64,000 bases of DNA from Daejeonella sp. (GCA_035631395.1 DASQIU010000045.1:12521-76520); one strand, 5' to 3'. Positions 49,263 to 59,109 are shown, counted from the stretch's first letter. Made by a program: numbers and translations. Notes: generated by a model from the sequence alone, not told the origin.

Positions 49263-49700
49263 ATGAGTGTACAGGAAATTGACCACTTAACCGAGCGTTT
49301 TTACCAGTGTGTTAGCTTTAATGCCGAGCATTATCCTGACTTTGATCTATTGGAAGAACTCTTTTACGGTTCTGGCAAGCTGATCAATAATAATTTTGAG
49401 CAGCCCAGCGATTTTGACGTACAGAGCTTTGTTCACGCCCTGATGATCCAAATCGAGGCGGGGAATGCTACCCATTTTGCTCAACAGGAAATCTCAGATC
49501 GGACTGAAGTTTTTGGCACCATGGCCCAACGTATCAGCGTGTATGAATACAATACCGTTGCCCATCCGGGCAAGAATTGGAAAAAGGGTGTTAATTTTAT
49601 CCAATATGTTTACAGCGATGGAAAATGGCTGATTGCTTCCATGATTTGGAAAGATGAAGGCCCCGATTTACCTATTCCTAAAGAATATCTGGATTTATAA
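49263..49700 (+). CDS. hypothetical protein, NTF2/SnoaL-like fold suspected
   Basis: 145 aa from MSVQEIDHLTERFYQCVSF. The C-terminal YVYSDGKWLIASMIWKDE is typical of DUF4440/NTF2-like proteins. The track ORF extends upstream to 49113 into the antitoxin gene. Confidence 0.45.
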   Translation: MSVQEIDHLTERFYQCVSFNAEHYPDFDLLEELFYGSGKLINNNFEQPSDFDVQSFVHALMIQIEAGNATHFAQQEISDRTEVFGTMAQRISVYEYNTVAHPGKNWKKGVNFIQYVYSDGKWLIASMIWKDEGPDLPIPKEYLDL

Positions 49701-49746
49701 ATCCAGATTAAAAATCGATTAAGCAATTATTTTTCTCTTTAGAGAA

Positions 49747-50012
49747 CTGGTTGATTGTTTGCAAATTTTATCTTTCTGCGTCCTTATCTGCGCCTATCAG
49801 CGTAATCGGCGGGAAATGGAGAGCCAATTAATTAGCCCGCAGATCTAGCGAATTAACGCTGATTGTTCCGCAGATTTTACTTTCTGCGTTCTTATCTGCG
49901 CATATCAGCGCAATCTGCGGGAGAAGGAAAGCCGATTATTTAGCCCGCAGATCTCGCGAATTAACGCTGATTGTTCAGCAGATTTTCCTTCTTCGCAGCG
50001 TAATCTGTGATA
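49747..50012. repeat. 108-bp tandem repeat, about 2.5 copies
   Basis: The unit beginning tttctgcg at 49773 recurs at 49881. Each unit contains imperfect internal inverted repeats (atcagcg.aatc.gcggg ... cccgcagatct.gcgaattaacgctgat). Confidence 0.8.
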
Positions 50013-50014
50013 AA

Positions 50015-50992
50015 TCAGTCGAAAGGTAAAAATTTACTCTTCTGATCCTGCAAGCGTGCAGGTGCTTTTTGATTCAGATTTTCTCCATTTAAAACCTGCT
50101 GATATAGCTTGAAATATTCCTCGGCCATTTTTGAGGAACTGAAATTCTGAACCGCATATTGATGGCAGGTTTCGGCATCAAAAGCAGCATGTTTAATCTG
50201 CTCAATCAATTCTTCTTTATTAGCGGATAAAAAACCAACAGCAGGAGGGACTAATTCGGGCAAAGATCCGTAAGGAGTTCCAAATACGGGACAACCAAAA
50301 TACAGGCTCTCGATAATGGCAATCCCGAAAGGTTCATGCCATAGCACCGGAAAGATCAGTCCTTTAGATTTTCTTAAAACCTGGTTCTTTTTCTCTCCAC
50401 CCAGCATCCCCATAAATTTCACATTCAAATTGGGAGTAAAACGGAAGCCCATTTTTATATTCAGGCGATAACCGCCAATAACCCGTAGTTTTTCTGAACA
50501 GGCATTTGCCAGCGCAATGGCACCGCGAACATTTTTTAAACGCCAGGCCGCTTTTCCCAGAAAGTGGTAATAAAGCCGTTTTTCATTCAAGGCCGGCTCT
50601 CCATAATCAGAAAAATCTAAGCCATTATACACAAATACCTGGCTGCCGTGCCTTTCTGCATGATTTTTAGAAACAAAAACGCTGTTTAAAGGAAGCGAAA
50701 GTCCTATAGGCTCATTGCCGTGAATAGTAGTTACCTGCGGAATATTTACTTGTTCATGCGTTACAAAATGGGTATGAACCAAATCGGCATCAGCGGGCAA
50801 CTGGCTTTGGAGAGATTGGGCAGGATTATAGGAAATAACCCTGGCAAAATCGCAAGAAGATCCTGGTTTTACCAAAAAACTTACCTGATGGCCCTTACGC
50901 ACCAGCTCTTTGCCTAGCCACCACATAATACGCTCTGTACCGCCATATTCCAGGGCGGGCAGTTGCACATTACTGGCAATAACGATATGCAT
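50015..50992 (-). CDS. GT4-family glycosyltransferase
   Basis: MHIVIASNVQLPALEYGGTERIMWWLGKELVRKGH and, late in the protein, WHEPFGIAIIESLYFGCPVFGT (the E-x7-E region). Start trimmed to the ATG 1 nt downstream of the folD stop. Confidence 0.8.
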   Translation of the reverse strand: MHIVIASNVQLPALEYGGTERIMWWLGKELVRKGHQVSFLVKPGSSCDFARVISYNPAQSLQSQLPADADLVHTHFVTHEQVNIPQVTTIHGNEPIGLSLPLNSVFVSKNHAERHGSQVFVYNGLDFSDYGEPALNEKRLYYHFLGKAAWRLKNVRGAIALANACSEKLRVIGGYRLNIKMGFRFTPNLNVKFMGMLGGEKKNQVLRKSKGLIFPVLWHEPFGIAIIESLYFGCPVFGTPYGSLPELVPPAVGFLSANKEELIEQIKHAAFDAETCHQYAVQNFSSSKMAEEYFKLYQQVLNGENLNQKAPARLQDQKSKFLPFD

Positions 50993-50993
50993 T

Positions 50994-51875
50994 TTACCGG
51001 TAAATTTCTTTTTTTGCCGAAGCCAGGGTGTTTTTGAGCAAGCCAATAATGGTCATCAAACCTACTCCGCCCGGAACGGGAGTGATCCAGGAGCATTTGG
51101 GTGCTACATGCTCAAAATCCACATCGCCATACAATTTATAACCTGATTTGGTAAGGGCAGAAGTTTCGCGGTTCATGCCCACATCCACTACTACAGCGCC
51201 TTCTTTAACCATATCGGCGGTAATGAAATTCTTTTTACCAATAGCCACAATCAGGATATCGGCATCGAGCGTAAATTTTTTAATATCCGGTGTTTTGCTG
51301 TGGCAAAGGGTTACCGTACAATTGCCCGGATTGGTATTGCGAGCCATCAATATACTCATGGGCGAACCCACAATATTACTGCGGCCAACTACTACACAAT
51401 GTTTTCCGGCGGTTTCTATTCCGTATTCGGCCAGCATTAGAGTTATCCCGTAAGGAGTGGCAGGTAAAAACGAAGGCAAATTCCGTTGCATCCGACCTAA
51501 ATTAACCGGGTGGAAACCATCTACATCTTTTTCCGGAGAAATTTTTTCGGTAACCTTATCGGCAGAAATATGCTTAGGAAGTGGGAGTTGCACTAAAATT
51601 CCATCTACATCAACATCCAGGTTTACTTCTTCAATTTTTTGCAGAAGCTCAGCCTCGGTAATGCTGCTGTCAAACCGGTGGAGGGTAGATTTAAAACCTA
51701 CTTTTTCGCAGTTTTTAATTTTGCTGGCCACATACGTTTCGCTGCCACCGTCATTTCCCACTAAAATGGCTACTAAATGTGGTTTGCGGCCGGTTTGAGC
51801 CAATAAATTGGCGGCTTCGGCAGCAATTTCCTGCTTCAGTTTTTCTGATACAAATTTTCCGTCGAGTAATTGCAT
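50994..51875 (-). CDS. folD: bifunctional methylenetetrahydrofolate dehydrogenase/cyclohydrolase FolD
   Basis: 293 aa. [33 protein letters not shown] and TPVPGGVG. Confidence 0.95.
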   Translation of the reverse strand: MQLLDGKFVSEKLKQEIAAEAANLLAQTGRKPHLVAILVGNDGGSETYVASKIKNCEKVGFKSTLHRFDSSITEAELLQKIEEVNLDVDVDGILVQLPLPKHISADKVTEKISPEKDVDGFHPVNLGRMQRNLPSFLPATPYGITLMLAEYGIETAGKHCVVVGRSNIVGSPMSILMARNTNPGNCTVTLCHSKTPDIKKFTLDADILIVAIGKKNFITADMVKEGAVVVDVGMNRETSALTKSGYKLYGDVDFEHVAPKCSWITPVPGGVGLMTIIGLLKNTLASAKKEIYR

Positions 51876-51900
51876 GGTATAATTAGAGGTATGCCTGTGC

Positions 51901-53688
51901 TTAATCCAGTTTTAAAACCGCCATAAATGCCGATTGTGGGATCTCTACGTTACCCACCTGACGCATCCGTTTTTTACCTTTTTTCTGCTTTTCTAATAAT
52001 TTACGCTTCCGCGAGATATCCCCGCCGTAACATTTGGCCGTTACATCTTTACGTAAAGCGCTGATGGTTTCTCTGGAGATAACTTTAGCCCCAATAGAAG
52101 CCTGAATCTTAATTTCGAATTGTTGACGAGGTAAAAGTTCTTTCAATTTTTCGCAAATTTTCTTACCAAAATCGTAAGCATTGCTTCTATGAATTAATGA
52201 GGATAAGGCATCCACAGGTTCGTCGTTTAAACGAATATCTAATCTAACCAAATCCGATTTGCGGTAGCCAATTTGATGGTAATCAAAGGAAGCATAGCCT
52301 TTAGAAATGGTTTTCAGTTTATCGTAAAAATCAAATACAATCTCGCCCATTGGCATTTCAAATACCAATTCAACCCGGTCAGATGTTAAATAGGATTGGT
52401 TGATAATGATACCCCGTTTTTGGATACAAAGCGACATGACCGATCCCACAAACTCAGACTTGGTAATAATATTGGCTTTAATGTACGGTTCTTCTACATA
52501 CTCCATTTTGCTTGGATCGGGCAGGTCGGAGGGGTTGTGTACCTGTAAAATATCGCCTTTGGTGGTATAAGCAATGTACGACACGTTGGGAACGGTAGTA
52601 ATTACCGTCATGCCAAATTCTCGCTCCAGGCGTTCCTGGATAATTTCCATGTGCAGCATGCCCAGGAAACCGCAACGGAAACCAAAACCTAAAGCGGCCG
52701 ATGATTCCGGTTCAAAAACAATGGAAGCATCATTTAGCTGCAGTTTGTGCATGCTTTCCCGAAGTTCTTCATAATCTTCAGTATCAACCGGATAAATACC
52801 GGCAAATACCATTGGTTTTACCTCTTCAAAACCCTGAATAGCCTCTTTGGCGCCATTTTCAACGGTGGTAATGGTATCTCCAACTTTTACTTCGCGGGCT
52901 TCTTTAATCCCTGAAATAATATACCCTACGTCGCCGGTTTTAATCACATCCCGCGGCGACATATCCAGTTTCAAAATACCCACCTCATCGGCAGCGTATT
53001 GTTTTCCGGTGTTGATGAATTTTACTTTATCGCCTTTACGGATCTCGCCGTTTACTACTTTAAAGTAAGCGATGATTCCCCGAAAGGAATTAAATACTGA
53101 ATCGAAGATCAGGGCCTGCAATTCGCCTTTAGGGTTGCCCACCGGCGCCGGAACGCGGCTAACAATAGCTTGTAAAATTTCCGGAATACCCATGCCGGTT
53201 TTACCCGATGCCGGGATAATATCTTCGCGTTTGCAACCAATTAAATCAATAATCTGGTCTTTTACCTCTTCGGGCATGGCGCCCGGGAGATCCATTTTAT
53301 TGAGGATAGGGATGATCTCCAGATCGTGTTCCAGGGCCAAATATAAATTGGATATGGTTTGCGCCTGGATACCTTGCGAAGCATCTACAATAAGCAGAGC
53401 TCCCTCGCAGGCCGCTATAGAACGGGAAACTTCATAAGAAAAATCCACATGTCCGGGCGTGTCAATCAGGTTGAAAACGTATTTCTGGCCATCCTGCACA
53501 TAATCCATCTGGATAGCATGGCTTTTTATAGTGATTCCCCGCTCGCGTTCCAGGTCCATATTATCCAGCAGCTGAGCCTGAGCTTCCCGCTTGCTAATAG
53601 TATTGGTATATTCTAATAATCGGTCAGCTAAGGTACTTTTCCCGTGATCGATATGTGCTATGATACAAAAATTACGAATGTGCTCCAT
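51901..53688 (-). CDS. lepA: elongation factor 4 (LepA)
   Basis: 595 aa. [24 protein letters not shown] and the LepA-specific C-terminal domain. Confidence 0.97.
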   Translation of the reverse strand: MEHIRNFCIIAHIDHGKSTLADRLLEYTNTISKREAQAQLLDNMDLERERGITIKSHAIQMDYVQDGQKYVFNLIDTPGHVDFSYEVSRSIAACEGALLIVDASQGIQAQTISNLYLALEHDLEIIPILNKMDLPGAMPEEVKDQIIDLIGCKREDIIPASGKTGMGIPEILQAIVSRVPAPVGNPKGELQALIFDSVFNSFRGIIAYFKVVNGEIRKGDKVKFINTGKQYAADEVGILKLDMSPRDVIKTGDVGYIISGIKEAREVKVGDTITTVENGAKEAIQGFEEVKPMVFAGIYPVDTEDYEELRESMHKLQLNDASIVFEPESSAALGFGFRCGFLGMLHMEIIQERLEREFGMTVITTVPNVSYIAYTTKGDILQVHNPSDLPDPSKMEYVEEPYIKANIITKSEFVGSVMSLCIQKRGIIINQSYLTSDRVELVFEMPMGEIVFDFYDKLKTISKGYASFDYHQIGYRKSDLVRLDIRLNDEPVDALSSLIHRSNAYDFGKKICEKLKELLPRQQFEIKIQASIGAKVISRETISALRKDVTAKCYGGDISRKRKLLEKQKKGKKRMRQVGNVEIPQSAFMAVLKLD

Positions 53689-53807
53689 TGAGGAGCAAAG
53701 ATATGTTTTTGACAGGAGATTTTCCGGGGGGCTTTTCTGAAAAATGAGGTCTCCAAACTTTAGTTTACTTTAGAAGTTCATTAATAGAGATTTTATTTTT
53801 AAAAAGC

Positions 53808-53910
53808 AAAGTCTTTGCCCGTCGCTACCGATAGTCCCGCTATCCGCTGCAAGTTTTGCCCTTGCGGGGCAAAAGCTTTACGCTGCTATCGGGTTTAGAG
53901 GGCAAAGACT
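53808..53910. repeat. ~100-bp quasi-palindromic element, copy 1
   Basis: The ends agtctttgccc / gggcaaagact are reverse complements, with a central ttttgccc..ggggcaaaa. About 88% identical to the reverse complement of 55036-55134. Confidence 0.75.
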
Positions 53911-53933
53911 ATCGCTCTTAGCCATCAGCGGCC

Positions 53934-54557
53934 TTACCAGTTAGAATTTTCGATTGACTTGTAGGTATTACCTTCTTTTATGGCCATTTCAACGGCATCT
54001 AAGGTATTGTTGGCCTGCTGAATGGAGTTATAGAAAGCTTTTGCCATTACAGATTTATTGTTCCCGTCAAGATTCACGGGATATTCTTCTGCTATTTTTA
54101 CAGTTTTGTATGGAAAAATACCCGGATAATTTTGCGCTTCTAGTCGAGTATAGCCAGAATCTTTCTTTTCATATCCTGTTAAAGTAATCAGAATTCTTGC
54201 TTTGCCGTCTTTGGCATCTACTCTTAAAATATGCCAGGCATCTATGTAACTGGAGGTGTAAGCACTTCCACTAATATTTTCATAAAGCCCTCTGCATACA
54301 AATATGCCATTTTCTTTATCCTGGGTTGTTATTTCAGACCTTCTACTAAAAGAATTGTAGCTGAAATAATTGACGGATCTATTAAATATCTCTTCTTTTT
54401 TGAGCCCGGGTGCTTCAACTATTCTAACAAAAGTAATATTGCCCTTGTCATCAAGTTTCCATTTGCCCTCGATTTCATTTAACATTTTTGGGGCGGTTTG
54501 CCCATAAGCAAAAGCTCCGATAAGGATGTAAAGGAATACTAATACGATCTTCTTCAT
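53934..54557 (-). CDS. secreted DUF4468-like protein
   Basis: 207 aa with signal peptide. KGNITFVRIVEAPGLKKEEIFNRSVNYFSYN resembles the DUF4468 (TBP-like fold) N-terminal region. Confidence 0.5.
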   Translation of the reverse strand: MKKIVLVFLYILIGAFAYGQTAPKMLNEIEGKWKLDDKGNITFVRIVEAPGLKKEEIFNRSVNYFSYNSFSRRSEITTQDKENGIFVCRGLYENISGSAYTSSYIDAWHILRVDAKDGKARILITLTGYEKKDSGYTRLEAQNYPGIFPYKTVKIAEEYPVNLDGNNKSVMAKAFYNSIQQANNTLDAVEMAIKEGNTYKSIENSNW

Positions 54558-54631
54558 AAGGTTTTAATTAAGGGGTTTACTTTTTAGAACCTAATATCCT
54601 CTAAAATAGAAGTAATTACCTTAAAAGAAAA

Positions 54632-54880
54632 TTAATGTTTTTTTTTCAATAGCGGTGGATTCGGGGATATTTCCGGACAAATTTTGATCGCTTCATTTAA
54701 GCGCATCCCGGTTTTGACGCCCCGTTTTTTGGCCAAGGGGAAATAACGCAGCCAAATTGTCCGGTATATACACAAACGCCTACCGGCCGGTTCCTGAGCC
54801 AGTAGTTTACCTGCTGCTCGCAACGGGTCTATGAACAATACCCGGGCTTCGGTTTTCGGTTTCAGGCTATTCTGGTTCAT
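54632..54880 (-). pseudogene. possible relic of an ImuB/Y-family polymerase N-terminus
   Basis: The 82-aa ORF contains IWLRYFPL and KKRGVKTGMRLNEAIKICPEI. These resemble the IWFxxL and GVxxGMxxxxAxxxxPxL motifs of ImuB-like or Y-family proteins. The motifs are abnormally close together and the ORF stops right after them. Confidence 0.25.
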
Positions 54881-54920
54881 GCTGTAAAATTACTAAATAT
54901 TTTAGCAATTTTTGTGCTGG

Positions 54921-54960
54921 TCTGAATTAGGATTTGTTTAGATTTTAGGATGGAGGGATT
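54921..54960 (-). repeat. inverted partial copy (middle module) of the dispersed intergenic repeat
   Basis: tctgaattaggatttgtttagattttagga is the reverse complement of the aatcctaa...aatcctaattcaga word pattern. Confidence 0.5.
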
Positions 54961-55035
54961 TGAAAGCAGGAATGACACTAATTCACACGAGCTCTTGCAG
55001 GACGCACATCCAACAAATCAACTATAAGAACTACT

Positions 55036-55134
55036 GTCTTTGCCTTCTAAACCCGATAGGAGCGGAAAGCTTTTGTCCCGCAGGGCAAAACTTGCAGCGG
55101 ATAGCGGGACTAGCGGTAGCAACAGGCAAAGCCC
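55036..55134. repeat. ~100-bp quasi-palindromic element, copy 2 (inverted relative to copy 1)
   Basis: tgtctttgccttctaaacccgataggagcggaaagcttttgtcccgcagggcaaaacttgcagcggatagcgggactagcggtagc aligns base-for-base with the reverse complement of 53808-53910, with about a dozen mismatches. Confidence 0.75.
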
Positions 55135-55181
55135 CTGCTTTTCAAAAAATTAAATTCGGGATACCCATGCGAATTTAGTTA

Positions 55182-56372
55182 CTAGTCCATGCTGCGTGTG
55201 CGCAGATTGGTCAGCAGGGCGCTCAGAATAAACCCGGCTCCAAGCAAGCATACTCCGACCCATTGATATTGACTCCATACCAGTGCCGCCAATAAAGACC
55301 CCATAGAACCGCCGGCAAAAGCACTGGTCATATAAACGGTATTAATTCTGCTCCGGGCTTCGGGCAGTAAGGCGAAAATTTTAGATTGGTTGGAAATATG
55401 CGCCACCTGCATTCCTACATCCAATAAGATTACCCCTAAAATTAAACCGGCAATAGAAGTTGCGGAAAATCCCATCACGGCAAATGATATCAGAGCGATG
55501 ACAATGCCCAGTTTAATGGTGAATTTCGGCCCTTTTTTATCTACCGATTTTCCGGCCAGAGGTGCAGCCAGTGCCCCGCAGGCGCCAATCAGGCCAAATA
55601 ATCCAACCATATCACTCTTATAAAAGAATGGGGCACCTTCTAATAGAAATACAAAGGTAGTCCAAAAAGTACTGAAGGCTCCAAACATAAAGAATCCGGT
55701 AAGTGCCGATTGGCGCAAAGAGGGAAATTGTTTGATCAGCGTACCTAAAGAACGCATCAGATTATTGTAGCTACCTTCAAAAGAAGGTGGGTGTAATGGT
55801 AACTTGATAGCTAACAAGAACAAGAGTAAAACCATTACCGCTGCACCAACAAAGAATACAGCCCGCCAGCCGGCATGAGCGCCAATAAATCCACTCAGTG
55901 TTCTGGAGAGAAGGATACCAATTAAAAGTCCACTCATTACTTTGCCTACAATTTTCCCTCTTTGGGCATCAGGGGCCATGGTGGCAGCCATGGGCAGCAG
56001 CAACTGAGGAACGGCGGAAAAGAAGCCACTAAACAAACTGGCAGCAACCATGGTGTAATAATTGGGTGATAAAGCTGCCAAAAGCATACAGATTGAGGCA
56101 CAAGCCAGTTTGATCAAAATAAGTTTTCGGCGTTCGGCTTTATCGCCCAGCGGCACAATAAACAAAAGTCCAAGCGTGTAACCTACCTGGGTGATGGTGG
56201 CCACTACGCTGATCTGCTTTTCGCTAACTCCAAAGGTTTCTGCCATTTGCAGCAGCAGCGGCTGGTTATAATAAATATTAGCTACTACTAATCCGCAGGT
56301 AGCGGCCATTAATAGAACCAGTGTGCTACTTAAGGTATTGTTTTTTAATTCTGCTTTTGCTGCACTATCCAT
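55182..56372 (-). CDS. MFS transporter
   Basis: About 396 aa with 12 predicted TM segments. Loop 2-3 motif GDKAERRK. Start trimmed to the ATG (MDSAAK). Confidence 0.8.
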   Translation of the reverse strand: MDSAAKAELKNNTLSSTLVLLMAATCGLVVANIYYNQPLLLQMAETFGVSEKQISVVATITQVGYTLGLLFIVPLGDKAERRKLILIKLACASICMLLAALSPNYYTMVAASLFSGFFSAVPQLLLPMAATMAPDAQRGKIVGKVMSGLLIGILLSRTLSGFIGAHAGWRAVFFVGAAVMVLLLFLLAIKLPLHPPSFEGSYNNLMRSLGTLIKQFPSLRQSALTGFFMFGAFSTFWTTFVFLLEGAPFFYKSDMVGLFGLIGACGALAAPLAGKSVDKKGPKFTIKLGIVIALISFAVMGFSATSIAGLILGVILLDVGMQVAHISNQSKIFALLPEARSRINTVYMTSAFAGGSMGSLLAALVWSQYQWVGVCLLGAGFILSALLTNLRTRSMD

Positions 56373-56494
56373 CCCCAATTTTTTAATGGCGGCAAAAATA
56401 GGATTTCAGAATCTTATAAATGAAGCCAATTGGGTACTTTTTACACCTCTCTGAAAATTTAAAATACCTTTTTTGATTTGATTGCTAATAGGAG

Positions 56495-56595
56495 GTGGAC
56501 TAAAAGGGCGACATAGAGTCGCCTATTTTAGTGGCATTGATAGTTAAAAGGGCGACCATATTGTTAAGGGGCGATCACATAGGATCGCCCCAACA
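56495..56595. promoter_or_regulatory. three GGGCGA(C/T) units, two forming hairpins
   Basis: taaaagggcgac (56501), ttaaaagggcgac (56544) and ttaaggggcgatc (56564). Hairpins are ggcgac-ataga-gtcgcc and ggggcgatc-acatag-gatcgcccc. Located in the divergent MFS / nuclease intergenic region. Confidence 0.3.
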
Positions 56596-56637
56596 TTTTA
56601 TCTAAATTGCCGCCGTTTTTCATCCCTGATATTTTTT

Positions 56638-57447
56638 ATGCGGTTTATTGTTACTCTTTTGTTGAGCGTTTTTACGTTCATTGCCCAAGCTCAAAACACC
56701 TTATCTCTTGTTTCCTGGAATCTTAAAAATTTTGGCAAATCAAAAACCAATGCCGAGCTGGTCTTTATAGCCAAAACCATCAGTTCTTTTGATGTGGTGG
56801 CTATCCAGGAAGTGGTGGCGGGCAATGGCGGGGTGCAGGCCGTAAGTAATTTAGTGGAAGAGTTGAACAGAAAAGGGGCAGATTGGTCTTATTCCATCAG
56901 CGCTCCCACCAGCGGTACACCGGGTTCCTCAGAGCGTTATGCCTTTTTATGGAAAAGCGATAAAATTAAAGCTTTAGATCAGCCCTGGCTGGATAAAAGA
57001 TATGCCGTTCAGCTTGACCGGGAACCTTATCTGATGCGCTTTAAAGCAAAAAATACCGTTATTTTACTGGCCAATTTTCATGCGATCCCTAAATCCAAGC
57101 AGCCTGAAACGGAGATCAAATACCTGAAATTTTTCCCCGGACTTTATGCCAAAGATCATCTGATCTTTTGTGGCGATTTTAATTTGCCGCAATCGCATTC
57201 GGTATTTAATCCTTTAAAAAAGATGGGTTATACATCGGCCCTGGTCAATCAAAAAACCTCTTTACGGCAAAAGTGCCTGAACGATGACTGCCTGGCTTCT
57301 GAATACGATAATTTTTATTTCCACGCTTCCAAAATCAAGCTGAAGGAATCCGGCATCATACATTTTTATAAGCTGTTTGACGATATCAAGACGGCCCGAA
57401 AATTAAGTGATCATGTACCCGTTTATAGTATTTTCAGCATTAATTAG
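56638..57447 (+). CDS. secreted endonuclease/exonuclease/phosphatase (DNase I-like) family protein
   Basis: 269 aa with signal peptide. LVSWNLKNFG, DVVAIQEV and the C-terminal SDHVPVY. Confidence 0.8.
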   Translation: MRFIVTLLLSVFTFIAQAQNTLSLVSWNLKNFGKSKTNAELVFIAKTISSFDVVAIQEVVAGNGGVQAVSNLVEELNRKGADWSYSISAPTSGTPGSSERYAFLWKSDKIKALDQPWLDKRYAVQLDREPYLMRFKAKNTVILLANFHAIPKSKQPETEIKYLKFFPGLYAKDHLIFCGDFNLPQSHSVFNPLKKMGYTSALVNQKTSLRQKCLNDDCLASEYDNFYFHASKIKLKESGIIHFYKLFDDIKTARKLSDHVPVYSIFSIN

Positions 57448-58600
57448 AGTTGTTTCGCCGGGTTAGAAACAGGAAATTCAAGGCCAGCAGGGCTCCGCTA
57501 AAGGCCATGCCCATGCCCACCAATAAAGGCGCATTATAGGCAAAGCCATAAACAATAGGCAAACCGCCAAAATAAGCGCCAAAGGTATTTCCTAAGTTAA
57601 AGCTAGCCTGCCCGGCAGCCGCCGCCAAAGTTTCGGAGCCACGGGCATTGTTAATCAGCATCATTTGCAGGGGCGAGCCAATGCTGAAAGAAACCATGCC
57701 CGTTACAAAGGCCATCGTGTAAGCTAAAAACGGAATATGTACGGTATAATAAACCACAAACAGGCTGACTACCATGGCCAGAAAAGAGGCAATGGCCGCC
57801 TTGGTGGGCGAGATAGAATCAGATACCTTACCACCCAATAAATTTCCTATCAGCATACCCAGACCTACTAAAGTCATGATAAAGGGAACTTTGCCCGCTT
57901 CCAGTTTACCCACTTCGGTAATTAAAGGCGCAATGTAACTTAACCAGGAAAATAAACCACCGGTACCAATAGAAATGATGGCAATTAAAAGCCAGGCTTT
58001 CTTGGTTTTAAAGAACTTTAACTGATTAAATACTTGACCTTTTTCCTTTGATTCAATTTTAGGGAGCCAAAAGTAGATAGCGGCTATGGTGGCCAGTCCA
58101 CTCATGCTGATGATGGCGTAGGTAAAACGCCAGGAATAATGCTGGCCAATATAAGTGCCCAGTGGCACACCCAATAAATTGGCAACGGTCATGCCGGTAA
58201 ATACAAAGGAAATGGCTTGTGCTTCTTTCCCTTTTTTAGCCAGCTGGGCCGCTACTACCGAGGCCACCCCGAAAAAGGCACCATGGGGCAATCCGGCCAT
58301 AAAGCGGAATATCATGAGCCAATTCATATTGGCCGCCAGGGTAAATAATCCGTTAAAAGCCACAAACAAAAGCATCATAAAAATCAATACTTTTTTAGGC
58401 GGATATTTGGAAGATAGTAATACCAGGATAGGTGCACCAATTACTACGCCCAGAGCATATAAGGCAATTAAATAGCCGGCTGTAGGAATATCAATCGATA
58501 AACTGTGGGCAATATTGGGCAAAATGCCCATCATGGTAAATTCTGTCATGCCAATGGCAAAAGCACCAAAAGCTAAAGAAATAAGGCTTTTATTCGACAT
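57440..58600 (-). CDS. MFS transporter (AraJ/sugar-efflux-like)
   Basis: 386 aa with 12 TM segments. MTEFTMMGILP near the N-terminus is typical of this MFS subgroup. Confidence 0.85.
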   Translation of the reverse strand: MSNKSLISLAFGAFAIGMTEFTMMGILPNIAHSLSIDIPTAGYLIALYALGVVIGAPILVLLSSKYPPKKVLIFMMLLFVAFNGLFTLAANMNWLMIFRFMAGLPHGAFFGVASVVAAQLAKKGKEAQAISFVFTGMTVANLLGVPLGTYIGQHYSWRFTYAIISMSGLATIAAIYFWLPKIESKEKGQVFNQLKFFKTKKAWLLIAIISIGTGGLFSWLSYIAPLITEVGKLEAGKVPFIMTLVGLGMLIGNLLGGKVSDSISPTKAAIASFLAMVVSLFVVYYTVHIPFLAYTMAFVTGMVSFSIGSPLQMMLINNARGSETLAAAAGQASFNLGNTFGAYFGGLPIVYGFAYNAPLLVGMGMAFSGALLALNFLFLTRRNNSN

Positions 58601-58716
58601 ATTTTGGAAAAATCCTTCGAGGGAAAGATTTGGACTTGTATTTTAAGTCGGCAAAGGTAGGATTTCGAGTGGCATGAATTGTGGATTGGATTTCATTTTT
58701 GGGATCAGGATTCGGG

Positions 58717-59050
58717 GATTTTAGGAGTAAAGGACTTATTAGCAGATAAACATCAGCGCAATCCTTTATGCAGTTTAATCAGTGGTCGGGATTAGGATTT
58801 ATTGGATTTTAGGATTAAAGGATCTATTAGCAGATAAACATCAGCGCAATGCAGTTTAATCAGTAGTCGGGATTAGGATTTATTAGCAGATAAACAATCA
58901 ATGTAATCCTTTAATCTGCTTAATCAGCGGCTCAGACTATTTGCTCATTTGATTAAAGGATTTATTAGCACATAAATAATCAGTGTAATCCTTTAATCTG
59001 CTCAATCAGTGGTTCAGACTATTTAATCAGTGGTCAAAATCAGTTTAATC
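58717..59050. repeat. degenerate tandem array, about 4 units of ~80-85 bp
   Basis: The core attagcagataaaca.ca.g.aatcctttaat..g.ttaatcag.gg recurs at ~58738, ~58826, ~58882 and ~58964. It also contains a 12-bp inverted pair, aatcctttaatc / gattaaaggatt. Confidence 0.75.
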
Positions 59051-59109
59051 TCTCTTATAAAAATCACAGTTCAGGACAGTTTTAGTACTTTTGCAATATT
59101 TAAGCCGAT

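Noticed and set aside
49747-50012. CRISPR array hypothesis for the tandem repeats here and at 58717-59050
   Set aside because: The periods are ~108 and ~82 bp, and the whole unit is repeated. There are no short conserved repeats alternating with unique spacers, and no cas genes in the window.
50941-51001. Apparent 1-nt frame inconsistency when I hand-translated the folD stop / GT4 start junction
   Set aside because: The computed ORF track reads both genes through cleanly, and the coordinates on both sides agree. I attribute the inconsistency to my own base counting at line boundaries and do not call a frameshift or pseudogene.
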